64,000 nt of DNA, taken from NCBI GenBank assembly GCA_050273025.1, contig CP158635.1, positions 7,502,001 through 7,566,000 on the forward strand. Reading direction: 5' to 3'. The DNA is from Cenococcum geophilum. Lineage: Eukaryota. Below the pieces are notes generated by a model, which worked only from the letters and a program-made list of their open reading frames with translations, searched no databases and had not been told where the DNA came from. Made by a program: the position numbers and the translations under genes. Below, piece by piece: positions 51,617-64,000 of the stretch. Numbering within the stretch: position 1 is the stretch's first letter; each line of letters opens with the position of its first letter.

Positions 51617-53721
51617 TTAATTATATATCTAGAAATATTATTATTAATAAGATTAAAAAATGGAAAGAGATTTGGAAATAATTAATTTAATAAAGGACCC
51701 TTATATTATAATTTAAATACTAAGAAAATTTAAGTAAAACTTATTTAATTATATTGCTAATAGTTATAAACTATCCGTAGCGAAGCCTTTTTTATCTTAT
51801 TCCCAGACCTTTATCTAAGGTTTAACCGCGCATTAAACCATTTTGGGTTAAACCCTTAGAAGGATATAGGCCTATATAATTAGAATATTTATTAATAAAG
51901 ATCTAAAGCTAGAGAAAGAAGGAGAAGAATAGTAATATTATTACCCTATTCCAGGTGCCTATTACCCTATCTCTACTTTAATCCCTACTCCTCTCCCAAG
52001 ACAATTCTTAAATAAGTTTTTATAGCGCACGGCTTATACTATAGCTCTATTAAAAAGGTATATAATTTAAAAGTTTTAAGACACTCTACTTTTATAAATA
52101 TATATTTAGGGAATTTTGCCTAGTAGAGGAGGGGTATCCACTAAGGCGTAATAATAGTACGTATTAATGTGCATTAGCGTACTTATATTAAACTATATTT
52201 TTATACTATTAATTTTAACACTATCCTCTTTTTAGAATATATTTTAGCATTATTATAGCGCATATAATCTCTTCCTCGCTTTCTATTATTAAATGTTTTA
52301 AATATTAACTACCACCTTAAAACCTTCTAAGACGTCTATAAATATTTATTAAATTATACTACAAGAGCACGGTAAATAAGATATACCACTATATATCTTT
52401 TCCTAAAAAGTATGCATATAACTATATAGTTAACTATACGATCTAGGACTATTACCTAAACGTACTAAATAGCAAAACTCCTTACTTAGACTAAAAGCCG
52501 ATAAAGGGTAAAAAATAAAGCAATTATGCAATTAGGTAGTTCCTTAGCGAAAGGAAATTGCCCTAACTATACCTAATAGTATATTTAACGTTAAGTATGC
52601 TTATTAACGTGCTAATCTCTAAACCTATAAGACCGCCATAAGTAACCTAAATACCAATATTATAAAGGCTAATGCTGCTATTTTAAAGGGGTCGAAGGAT
52701 TTAGGAGTAATTTAACGGCTCTTTAGACTTATTATTAGTAATAAAGTTTTTAGGGAAAATAATATACCTTTAAATTTTTCCGTAATTTTATCTGTACTGT
52801 AGTAACTTCCTTACTAGCAGTTTATAATAATATAGCCTATAAGACCTAAGTATTCTATATTAGGGAATTAATAGCTTTTAAATAACTCTTTAATCTTTTT
52901 ATTAGTCCAACTATTAAAAGAAGTCTAGCTACTTGCTACCTTTTTTTTTTTTTTTTTTTTATATCCATTGTATTATACTACGTACAATACTGCGCATGCA
53001 GCCTCTAGGCTATGGCGCTATAGTTCTATATACATGAATCCTTCCTAGGCAGCTTAACATGTACTAGTAGCTAAGTGGACACTCCGGCCCGTTTTTAAAT
53101 ACTAGGGGAGTCCTAGCCTATTGGTGTTTTGTCCTGATATTTTGCTTACTATGGTCCAGTTTACACCAAGAAAATCACACGAAAATCCTGGCTCTTTTAT
53201 CTATTTCTGCCGTATTCTGCCGTTCCTAGAGTAGAAAAAGCGCTCTAAAAGGTAGATTTTTAACGTAGTTTTGTATATAAGAATAAGAGAAACCATATAG
53301 CTTACTAGCTTGAAAGTAGCTACCAATTACCCCCATACGACTGTTTAATTCTGTACCCTATTCCTTCTCCTTGCTAAAGAAATGGGTAGGGAATTAGTAA
53401 TTAGTAGGTACTCTCCCCAAAAGTAACCTACTAATCCTAGATTTACGCTCTAGAAAACGGGTATTTTATAAGGGCGAACCTCGTTACGTAAACCCACTCC
53501 CATAGGAAAATTTTCACGAGGTTGTCTTGTATAGGGTATAAACACCAATTCGCCTATACACCTTATATTTAACGTGCTAAAGTAACACGGGCCGGCCCCC
53601 TTCCCCTATCCCCTACTATAGCTACCCTAGCAGTGCATCGTCTGCGGTACGCCTGCGGTGCGCCTGCGGTACGCCTGCGGTCCTCTATAGTTTAATTACC
53701 TATAGCGCGACAGCCGTGGAC

Positions 53722-54150
53722 CGGTTGCAGTAGAGGTCGTCTGCTCTGCAGCAGACTGGTTATAGAGGAGGTCGTCTGCCCTACAGCAGACTGGTTGTAG
53801 AGGAGGTCGTCTGCCCTGCGGCAGACGGGTTGTAGAGGAGGTCGTCTGCCCTGCAGCAGACGGGTTGTAGAGGAGGTCGTCTGCCCTGCAGCAGACGGGT
53901 TGTAGAGGAGGTCGTCTGCCCTGCAGCAGACGGGTTGTAGTGGAGGTCGTCTGCCATGCAGCAGACGGGTTGTAGTGGAGGTCGTCTGCCCTGCAGCAGA
54001 CGGGTTGTAGTGGAGGTCGTCTGCCCTGCGGCAGACGGGTTGTAGAGGAGGTCGTCTGCCCTGCGGCAGACGGGTTGTAGAGGAGGTCGTCTGCCCTGCG
54101 GCAGACTGGTTGTAGTGGAGGTCGTCTGCTCTGTGGCAGACCGGTTGTGG
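53722..54150 (+). repeat. 35-bp minisatellite (CGGGTTGTAGAGGAGGTCGTCTGCCCTGCAGCAGA)n
   Basis: About 12 head-to-tail copies. Confidence 0.95.
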
Positions 54151-54227
54151 TGGAATCGTTGGTTGTGGTGGCTAGCGTCGTGGTGACGTGTCTTTAGGGG
54201 GTATACAACCGGCGGCGCCCTTGCGAC

Positions 54228-54363
54228 GACGGACGGAGGAGCAAAGGGGAGGCGACGGACGGAGGAGCAAAGGGGAGGCGACGGACGGAGGAGCAAAGGG
54301 GAGGCGACGGACGGAGGAGCAAAGGGGAGGCGACGGACGGAGGAGCAAAGGGGAGGCGACGGA
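54228..54363 (+). repeat. 26-bp tandem repeat (GACGGACGGAGGAGCAAAGGGGAGGC)x5 at the element 5' end
   Basis: Five perfect copies ending at the TSD. Confidence 0.95.
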
Positions 54364-56627
54364 CTACTTGCTACCTTATATAGGGTAGATCTAAGGGCGA
54401 AAATATCTGCTTATACCGACAGTAGCTTTCTAGGGTATTAATAACTATAAGCTATAGTAATAAGGAGAGCAGAGCTATCTAAAGATAAGCTATTAAAGTT
54501 AGCGACTTTTATATGCAAATCTTAGTCTAAGAGAATATTACAGCATTATAAGTCTCTATAGATTACGCCGTTTAAATAAATAAAAGCGACTATATCCGCA
54601 ATTTCTTGTCCCTATTAAAGCCGCTATTCTAAAGTAACGTTGTCCTTATAATCCCAAAGATAAGCTCGGAGATTATAATTACTTATAAAATTAAGCCAAA
54701 TACTAGTATTATAATGCCCTCAATATTATAAAAGCCCTATATTACCGCCACGTTTATTAAAGCGCTTATATATAGCTCTTTTAATAAGAATTGCATCGTC
54801 GTTTTTAAAGTAAGGGATCTTAATAATACTCTCTAATAAGGCGTCCAGACAAACAAAGCTAAAGTTTCCTTAGTTTACTAAATTATCTCTTATATAGCCC
54901 TTTAGCTATCTAATTTACATTTCTAGGGGTTCTCGAACCGCGGTATTATATAGAAGACATTAGGTGGAATATAAATTAAGTAGAGTTATGCGGTTATTTA
55001 TTACTAAGAGGTGGCTTATACTGCCGTTTTAGGTTCTTAGCCATATTTTAGCAAAGTGCTTCGCCATATTAGCGCCGTTAAATCACGTAATAAGGAATCA
55101 ACTTTATAGTTAAGTCTCCCTATTTATAGCTAATTTATATTAACTTATACCTAAACAATAAGCACTATCCGCAGAGATTGCGATAGTAGGTAGATTTTTC
55201 TAAGAAACTAGAGACGTTCTTTAACTAGGTTTATTAAACCTTTATCTAGCTTCTAAACCGCCTCTATAGCTATTTAACCCTCTCCTATATATTAAAGTGC
55301 TCGGTCCTAAGCTATGCAATTAACCGTTTACTAGCGAGCTTAATATATAACAGTACTAGCGGCCTATAGTCAAGCAGCTAGTTATAAGCAAGTGCTAGAG
55401 AGATAGCCTACTAACTATATATTCCATTAGACACTATAAAGTAAAAAAGTTAAGATGCCTCCAGCGTTAAAGTTTAAGAGAAAGCTACACTCCACAATTG
55501 TTCAGCTTATAATAACGGTAGAGTAGAAAGGCCATATATGCGGAAAGTAAGGTTATATAGGATAACGACTTATTTAATAAAGACTCGCATAATAAATAGA
55601 CACCAAGTAAGCCCAGCCGCGTATTATTAGCATAATTGACTTTGTCCGAAAGTATAACCTTAATCTTGGTGTATAGATTGTATATATATTGCTAATATTA
55701 TAGGGTAGAGAAGTGACCAACCTAGCATGCTTGCCTTATTTTAGTAAAGAGGTCAAATAGCTAGTATATAATATCCGCGTTTAAAAAGTCCCATATAATA
55801 ACGTATGGGGCCCTAATATTCTCTAGAACGCTAAGTGGTTATAATTAATACTAATAGATTTAGGTACTTTGCTATTATTAGTATTAATAGGGACTTAATT
55901 AGGGCTAGCCACTATAAGAGATATCTTTAAACTGGAAGAGAAAGTAAATAGCTATAAGTAATATATATCTGGGACAGATACAGTTTACTAATAGCTAGCG
56001 GTTATTAGCTATAAATAACCTATTAAAATACCTCTTTGTAAGCAACTTTACTAAAAAAGGTAGCTTAAGCGGCCGTTTAATTAACTATATTATTAAAATA
56101 AAATACCTTACACAAACTGTTTAAGACTAAAATTTCTTTATAGCATAATATACTGCCTTAAAATTTCTTTTAGAGTTAACCTATATAGCGCTAAGGATGG
56201 CTTTAACTATTAAAGCGAGTGAAGTTTTTAGCTCCTCGCCTCTTTATAAGGGATTTTCCTTTAAATATTTTCTTAGATTCCAATCCTTCGCTATTCCGTA
56301 CAATTTTTTATTTATACTAATATCCCTTACTAGTTTATCCCTACTTTTTATATTTTGTTAGGAATATATTACCTATCTTATTATATTTATACCTATATCT
56401 ATTCCGCTTAGGTACTATTTATTAAGTATATAAAGGCGTAGAATGGCGTTACTAAGAAGTATAAGACGTTTGTTTCCTTCCATTAGCCCTTTAATATTAG
56501 ACTATAATTTAAAAGTACTTACTATAAGGAAAACCTAGTTTAGCAAAGCTAGGTTTTTAAAGTAATAATTAATTATGTCTTGTAATAAGTTATAGTTTAA
56601 TATTACTACTTTCTGCTAAAGGATATA

Positions 56628-57052
56628 ACGTATTCTACTAGCGAGCCGGCCACCCCACCGAGCCGGCCACTTCAAAACATACCAAAAAGCCGATATTTGA
56701 ATCTTAAATATCTTAACCACTACTTAATAATATTTTCTGAAAATTTAAATATAAGCTCTTATATACCTATTTTAGTGTATATTATAATACTAAAGTATAT
56801 AGCTTGGTGGTTATTATAATATAGAGTTTAGGGGTTAAAATAAGAGATATTTTTTAAATATTTTAACAACTACTAGAGCGTATACTCTTATATTGTAATA
56901 AGTACTAAAATAGGTATATAAAAGCTTATATTTAAATTTTTAGAAAATATTATTAAGTAGTTATTGAGATATTTAAGATTTAAATATCGGCTTTTTGGTG
57001 TGTTTTGAAGTGGCCAGCTCGGTGGGGTGGCCGGCTCGCTGGTAGAATACGT
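56628..57052. mobile_element. pogo/Fot1-type MITE (425 bp)
   Basis: About 145-bp TIRs beginning ACGTATTCTACYAGCGAGCCGGCCACCCCACCGAG. TA TSD at 56626-56627 and 57053-57054. Confidence 0.92.
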
Positions 57053-58941
57053 TAGGGTAAATAGGTTATAAAAATCCGTAACTTATATATATATAACGGG
57101 AAACGTAATATACCGACTCTGTTAACCTTAAATTTTGTAAATATTACGTTAGGTTTTATAGCGGTGGTAGGGGATAATAAGTAGGATAGTGCAAGCCGGA
57201 AGTATAGGAGCGGTATAAATTAAAACGGTCGCTATAAAGAAAACCTACTTTCTTGCCTTAATAGCTATAGCGTTAATAATAATTCTCGGTTTTAATAGAG
57301 GTAGTTTTTACAACAATAATAAGGGGGCTTAATCGCCACTATATTACTTAGCGCTATCCAACAGTAAAAATAACGCCTTTATATGTATGTATAAATATTC
57401 CGCTATTTTAATTAGCGAGTCTACCTTCTTAGGTTAAAGAATAAAGAAAGAAAAGGATATAGCTATTATAGTTAGCATTAAAACCAACAGTTATAGGCGT
57501 AACGTTATAGTAGTAAAGCACTACCGTATCCTTGCTGCTTAGTTATTAGCGTGGTACGGCTAACCAGTTCTCTACCATGGTATAGCGTATAGATATTTAC
57601 GTTATACGCTTACTTAAAAGAACATAAGCATATTATACCTCCTTTACGCATTCCCTACTACTACTGTGAGCTATACCTTTAATATAAATAGCTTTATTAA
57701 GCTAAGCTTTCGTTACGTAGCACCTCCTTCTTTATATACTTTTAGGGTGTAGTTAACCTAATAGCCATAAATTAATATATAAAGAAAAGAGACTATTTAT
57801 ATATAAAGGAGTAGACTAGGTTAGTGACCGAGTCGGTAACCAAGTTATAGGTAGGACCCCCCCTATAAAACTCTTAAACTAAGCCGCATTTAGCGTCTAA
57901 TATATAGCGTCGTACTTATAAAGGTGTTAAAACGGTCTCTAATTAGCAGACCTATTAAGATATAGAGGTTAGGGCTAGGTACAAGCCTTAATCTCCCTTA
58001 TTAAATCCTTCTTTACGTTATATTTTATATATAGATCACGGTTCTTGTCCGCGGTAGAAAGCTCTACGTTCTTATAAAATCCTTAAAAGTATAATATCAA
58101 TTTAGCTTAACTCTAGGGCTAGTTTAACTTATCTATATTACTAACTAATTACTTAATATTCTATAGTTCTACCTTAAAGCAAATCCCTTCTACTATATAT
58201 AGACTTTGGTTTATCTAAAAGCAGCTATAATTATTCCTTCCGCATTTTAAATATATATAGTAAACGCTTTATATTTCTTAATCCTAACTTAGAAACCTAG
58301 GATTCCTTCTATATAACATAATAGTCTTTACCTTATAGAGTAAGTCTTTCCTTAATAATATTCTCTATTTCCTACTTTTGCTTATCCTAAAGCTAAGGCA
58401 AATATAATACAATACCTTCTTAGTAATATGCTATATATTTATTAGCAGGTTAGTAGATAATAGGTATTATACCTAATATTAAGCAATCTTCCTTCTATTA
58501 GCTATTAAACTACTAGATATTAAAATCCTACCTAAGCTGCTATCACTACTTAGATTATAGTAATCTTTAATAATCTCATTAAGGAAGTCGTCTATACTTT
58601 AAAAACTATTTAGATCTAAGCTAGTGGCTGCTTTAGAGTAAATATAAGGTTAAGAATATCTTTAAAAAAGCTTATTCTCTTCTAGGACAAGCTAAAGAGG
58701 TAGAAATTTTAGATTTCTTAGGGGATAAGGAGTTTTTAGATAACCCATTAAAGGTAGTAGACTTAAAGTAGAAGAAATGCGTAAGTTAAGTAGATATTAT
58801 AAATAGAAAAAAGGGCTTTTATTTTTATTAGCATATTCTAATAATATATTTCTATTTTTAAACTTATATAGTATATAATTTAAAATAGAACAGTTTAGGG
58901 AGCAGTTAATTAGGAAGGTAACTAATAAGGTATATATATTA

Positions 58942-61900
58942 TTATTATTATTATTTATTCTATTTATTGCCCGATTTAGTCCCTTTTCAAGTCTATACAG
59001 GCTACTACCTATCTATGTAGGAAAAGAATCCCTATAAGGGGAAAAACCTAGGTATTTCCTTTTAGCTAGTCTTACGCGCTCCGCCTTCGCCTAGCTAGTG
59101 TGTCCTTATGTCTTATAGTCTACCTTACGTACCATACTTCCTGGGTATATCGGAAGATCTAGGGGGAGGGAGTAGTGGGAGGGTCTAGCGATTTGCTAGT
59201 GTGCCGCCTATGGCTAGGCGGGGGGTAACCAGTCGCTGAGGGGCTGGAAAGGGGTGTATCCTATAGTGTCCTCCTGTTGGATCTCATGTGCTGTTTGGAA
59301 CTGCTAGAGGATTCCTTATCCTATAAGCCATTTTGCTACTACGTGTAGGCCCCTCTTTATAGAGAGCATCTGGGTAATATTATTTATGCCTGCGCTAGTA
59401 AGTAGCTAGTCCCTTACTGAGCGGTAGCTGCAGAATAGCAGTATATGGCGTACTGACTGAGTGGGCCATCCGCATGTATATTGAGGTGTAGTATTTGGAA
59501 CATAGATGCTTGCGAGCCATGCGTTTAGGCCTAGGACCTCTGTCCGTAGTAGGAAGGCGGCTATAGATTCTGCCTTTATTAGTCCTTTATATAGGGGGAG
59601 GGTTGGTGTCGATTATGGGGTGTTCCATATAGCTATGTCTTGTGTTTTCGCTGCCTCCTTCCATTATCGCTTCTATTTAAGGTCTGCCCATCTTGCAATT
59701 AGTGTAGTAGATCTCCATCTATGCTGGTAACCTCCTGTCCTCTGTTACCGTTGTGGCGCTCTACTGGTGTGGCGGCGGGTCTTAGCCTAGTGGGCTAGTA
59801 GTTCCTATATTTCCTTTTCTCTCTCTACCGCTTGTAGGTAGAGAGCTTCCTAGCTAGTATGCTTGGGCGCGGCTCTCCTTTGAGGGGCCCTTACTCCTTA
59901 TATGAGTCTCGTTCCTCGTATACGTTTTAGTATATAGCGTATTTTTTCTTCTACTGGGTGGCCTTGTACTGTAGCTGCTCTCTATATAGTAGTTATGTCG
60001 ATATATATATCTAGTAGTAAAACTGCCGCTTCGCGTTCTAGTGCGGCGCGCGGTATTCTCTTATAGGCTCCTATAGTTCTATGTAGGCATTGGTTTTAGA
60101 GCTTAGCTAGTGACGCTAGGGAGCTTTTTACTAGCACCTTGCCGCCTAGTCCTAGGCCCCATACCTAGGAGCCGTATAGCATTGTTGGCCTTACAACTGC
60201 TGTGTATAGTAGACGTGTAAGTCTAAAAGAGGGTCCCCATGTTAAGGTAGTAATTCGTAATGCTGCCAAGAGTGCAGCTGCTCCCCTGTGGGTCGCCTAT
60301 GTAATATACTCGTTCCAGTTTAGTCTGGAGTCTACCCAGACCCCTAGGATCTTAAGGGTAGCTTCTAGTTTTACTACACAGCCCTAGATATTTACTGTTG
60401 AGGCTAGGTCGTTGCCTGCCCTTCTTTTCCTTATAAAGTGGATAAGCTAGTATTTATCTGGTGCAAATTTGGCACCGTGTTGTTTTGCCTATACGATGTA
60501 CCTATTGTGCGCCTAGTTTAGCCTAATGCAGTTTTCTACTACTATATTTCCCCATAAGATTAGGTTCGTGTCGTTGACGAATCCTAGGGCTATTGTATCC
60601 TAGCTATTATTAAATGTCTCTAGTAGTTTGGATATAAAGAAGAGGAATAGGATTGGTAAGAGGGGTGAACCCTATAGGATACTTATAGGTGTTGGTATTG
60701 ACTCGCTTTCGTATCCCTCAATTATAATTTTCGTGGTACGTCCTGTTAGAAAGGCTTAGACAAACTTAATTATCTAGTTTAGTAGGCCCTTGTTTCTTAG
60801 GATCTATAGGAGTCTCTTATATAATACGTTGTCGAAGGCTCCGCTTAGGTCTAGGCTTAGCATAGATACGGTGCATCCTAGGTGCGCTTACCATACCGCG
60901 TAGCAGGTAGTTATATAGTAGAGTTCGACATACCTGCTTATCCAGGCCTCTACCTCAGTTTTTAAGTAGTTTTCCCTTACTAAGCCTAAGGGCCTGGGGC
61001 TTTCTATAAGCAGTTAGCTGCCACCACCAATAGCATGGGGAATTTCACCAGTTCTCTCGGGTATCTTATAAATACTAGTCTGCCCCCCAGCAGTCTATAT
61101 AAGAGTTCCCTCCTAAAGTTAGTACGCTTTCGCACGGCTTAGAAGCCTTCCATAGCCTCTAGTTTCACGCCTCTCTTTATCATTTCCGCCGGTACGGGCA
61201 TAGGCTACCATTTGCAGGGGTCGCAACTCCTATCTTACGCGCCTACTAACGTAGTCCTATAAGGGCGTCGTGGCTATATCCTGCAATGTAGAAGCCTTAG
61301 GTACCTTCTACGGTCGAGGCCCAGCCAAAAGCCTCTCCCGCCTAAGTAACTCCTGTTTACTCCTTAAGCGTACCTCACCAGCGTACTGCCCTAGCGAGCA
61401 GTCCTATCTATTAGTACACCAACACGCGCATCCGTTCTCTCAAGCCACGTAGTAGTCTCTCCGGCCAGGATGTGATCCTACCTGCCTACCAGGTGCACTA
61501 GGGGTCAGAGCCTAGCTAAGGGGTAAGGTCCCTAGAGCCAGCAGTGGCTACCACACACTACGCCCCACGGGAGGTTTTAATTCCCGTTTCGCGTTACCTA
61601 TAAGAGTCTCCTTATAATAGGCCGACCGTGTCTTATAGAATAGGTTATAGACTAAATCCCGTGCTAGGCGACCTACCCTACCCTATTCTACTAACCAAGC
61701 TTATATCCCCCCTTATTATAAGCTGGCCTGTGTCTCTAACTATTAAGTCCTCGTACAACTGGCCTGTGTTTCCTTAGAGCCTCCCCCATATATATATGTT
61801 AGGTTACGTGCACTACGCCTATTAAGACCCTCCTGTGAGTCACCTGTAGGTCAAACGCCATAAAGCCGTCAAAGCTGGCCTGTGTTTCCGCTACCTAGAG

Positions 61901-62616
61901 CTTTGCCCGTGTTTCCACCTCGTTAAGCCGTCTGGTCGCCGTCACGTCGCTGTTACGTCGCTATCGCGTCTCTGTCGTCTAGGTCGCGCGCACCACGCCT
62001 ATTAAGACCCTCTTCTAAGTCACCTAGGTGTACCGGATACCAAATAGGCCCTCGCAGAGGGGCCTTAATAAGTTCTCTAGGCAGGGCCTTAACAAGTTCT
62101 TCGCGGTGGCCTTAGGGCCTTAACAAGTTTCGTATAAGGTATCTGCGACACATTAACCTTAACAAGTTCTTATAAAAAAGAGGTTCCCTACGCCCTCGCC
62201 GCGTTCCTTTGCGATCTCAGAGCTAGTGCAAGCCCAAGGGTGTCCTGTCGTACGCCTAGGACGCGTCCGCATCCGCTAGCTTGATAAGGCCAGTTTCGGC
62301 CCTAGCTACGAGCTAGGTAGTCGTACGTCGGGTGGTTTTCGTATCCCAGTTTCCCTTGATTGATTGCCTCCCTAGATGGTAGAGCGGAAGCCTCAAGCGG
62401 AGGCAGTGAGGCTCCTGGTGATGTTAGGGGCGATGCTTTGTACGATGCTTTGTACGCGTCGCGAGCTCAACACCACAGAACCGCGACGACAGCGCGCTGC
62501 ACGCGCTGCGACGGCTCTCTTCCATCGCCTCTGCACTTGGCCATCGTAAGGAAGGGTTTTCCTAATAATGTTTCCACCCGCGGCGACGTGGACGCGTGCA
62601 GTAGGGCTTCGCGGGC
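58942..62616 (-). mobile_element. 3.7-kb chimeric non-LTR element: HDV-like ribozyme + ~1.6 kb unknown module + 3' half of a Tad1-like ORF2
   Basis: 14-bp TSD AGGTATATATATTA at 58928-58941 and 62617-62630; (TAA)n tail. RT motifs SLDLSGAFDNV (~60826-60858), GSPLLPILF (~60645-60672), GFVNDTNL (~60560-60585). No EN, ORF1 or YRPI motif seen upstream. Confidence 0.88.
62531..62616 (-). ncRNA. HDV-like self-cleaving ribozyme (predicted)
   Basis: GCCCGCG-AAGCCCUA-CUGCAC-GCG-UCCACGU-CGC-CGCGGGU-GG-AAA-CAUUAUUAGGAA-AACCC-UUCCUUACGAUG-GCCAA-GUGCAG. This gives a 7-bp P1 with G1.U wobble, P2, P3, canonical L3, P1.1, P4 and a J4/2 carrying the catalytic C. Confidence 0.92.
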
Positions 62617-62859
62617 AGGTATATATATTAACTTAGAATATAACTTAAAATGGAACTTATACAACTTAAAAATAAGTATATATTTAATATAATAGTAAAT
62701 ATTACTCTTACTCTAGGTCTATACTTTAGGTTATTAATTAAATATAAAACCAGTTCTCTTTCTATTATTACTCTCGCTAGCAAGTTATAATATTAACCTT
62801 AAATTCTAAGTTAATAGAGATATAGAGAATTTAATTAATATTAAGTTAAAATTTAAGTT

Positions 62860-64000
62860 GGTTAGAGCTATCTAATCCAATCCACAGAGCAATTAGCCGG
62901 CGCTCTCTTAGATTAGCCTAATATTAATTACAGTAGCTCCATCTAGAACGCTAATGCTAATTACTTCCCCCGCTACGCAGAGCGTCTCGGCACTTATAAA
63001 TACGCAAGCTATTATATTAGAAATCACCTCCTAAATAGTCGTAACCTCTTAAACGGCTACTTTAAAAGCTTAGATAATATCTAAAATATAGGTAATAGGA
63101 CTAAGCGTTCCTAATACGCTAGTTACGCTAGCAAGGAGCCCTTTACTTATCGTTATAGCTTTAACTAGATTCCTTTTATAAACGTCCTCTATAAGCTAGC
63201 CTTTAGCTATATATTTAGTTTAAGTTAAAGCGCGTAGCGACTTACTATTCTTACTAAATAATCTTTCTATAAACATTAGAGATATTCTAAAGTTCCAATT
63301 TCTCGCATTAAATTACACCTTAATATAATTAACATTTAAGCAGCCTTATATAGCTATAAATTCATTTAATATAGATTTTATTCACTTTAATCTATTAAAT
63401 TATATTAATAATACTCTCTTTTTTCTTATCCAAAATATAAATCCCTAGTAGTTTTACTATAAGTAATATATACCTATATCCTACTGCTCTACTAAAATAG
63501 TATTTATATTAAATCCTAGAAACTAAATAGAGTAGTTTATTTAAAATATAGTAATGCCTATATTTATACTACTAAGTTTAATTTCCATAACACTAATAGC
63601 CTTATTAATTATAGCATCTCTATCTTTATTAAGTACTATATTATTAGGATTACTAGTAAGCATATCTAGCTTAGAATCTGCTTTAGATATATCTACCGCC
63701 TTACTATCTTCCACAGCCGCGTTATCTACTATAGTATTACTAAATATAGTTAACTTTATATTATCCTTAGTAGGTATATTTATCTTAGTATCTAGTTCTA
63801 TAGTATCTAATACTCTACAGTCTACTAGCCCTATTAGTTTAGGCTCTATATCTAGTATATCTTCCGTCTTTCTCTCTTTAAGTATAACTCTAATTTCTGC
63901 TATAATTATTTCACAAAGTCAAAATTCCTTAGTAATACCCTCTATTATTAGTAAAGCAATAAAACATAGGGCATTACACCAGAGTACTACAATTTTACTT
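62860..64000 (-). pseudogene. Unidentified RIP-degraded coding sequence
   Basis: Long minus-strand frames broken mainly by TAA/TAG. No family recognised. Confidence 0.3.

Larger units (their letters stand above)
52941..54363 (-). mobile_element. 1.4-kb polyA-tailed SINE-like element sharing its 3' ~110 bp with the ORF1-only element
   Basis: TSD CTACTTGCTACC at 52929-52940 and 54364-54375; polyT 52941-52960. 52961-53073 is nearly identical to 30814-30925. Confidence 0.88.
52765..54960 (-). pseudogene. Protein kinase pseudogene (RIP), split by a SINE-like insertion
   Basis: GVIYRDL*CCNILLD*DLHIKVANFNS (~54490-54570) and ADIFALRSTLYKVAS. After the insertion it continues FNSWTNKKIKELFKSY*FPNI...IIINC**GSY. 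Confidence 0.85.

Noticed and set aside
53722..54363. 35-bp and 26-bp repeats as a CRISPR-like array, and ORF 53781..54296 as a gene
   Set aside because: Units are head-to-tail without unique spacers, the context is eukaryotic, and the ORF is a by-product of a stop-free minisatellite.
55000..58900. Named genes in this backbone segment
   Set aside because: It looks like RIP-eroded coding sequence, but no motif could be recognised with confidence.
60930..62616. Twin-priming 5' inversion of the LINE
   Set aside because: No EN or RT motifs were found on the plus strand, and the ribozyme is in the same orientation as the RT.
62360..62692. ORFs 62360..62692 and 62467..62664 as genes
   Set aside because: They cross the TSD boundary and overlap GC-rich structured RNA; chance ORFs.

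Overview
Fungal (filamentous ascomycete-type) repeat-rich region heavily mutated by RIP (strong CpA/TpG loss, TpA excess, TAA/TAG stops throughout). No intact protein-coding gene is visible. The backbone is a set of RIP-destroyed genes: a DUF3723-like gene typical of Starship giant transposons, a protein kinase and unidentified ORFs. Nested into it are mobile elements whose boundaries can be read from target-site duplications (TSDs): two Copia copies, three Ty3/Gypsy elements, a solo LTR, a full Tad1-like LINE, a Crypton, and three non-autonomous TIR elements (hAT-type, pogo/Fot1-type, unclassified TA-TSD). There are also four unusual non-autonomous non-LTR retroelements. Two of them (5305-6250 and 58942-62616, minus strand) begin exactly at their TSD with an HDV-like self-cleaving ribozyme fold and end in a LINE-type 3' stem-loop. 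The other two are an ORF1-only polyA element and a tandem-repeat-headed SINE-like element that share one 3' tail. All motif calls come from manual translation and manual RIP correction; no database search was run.
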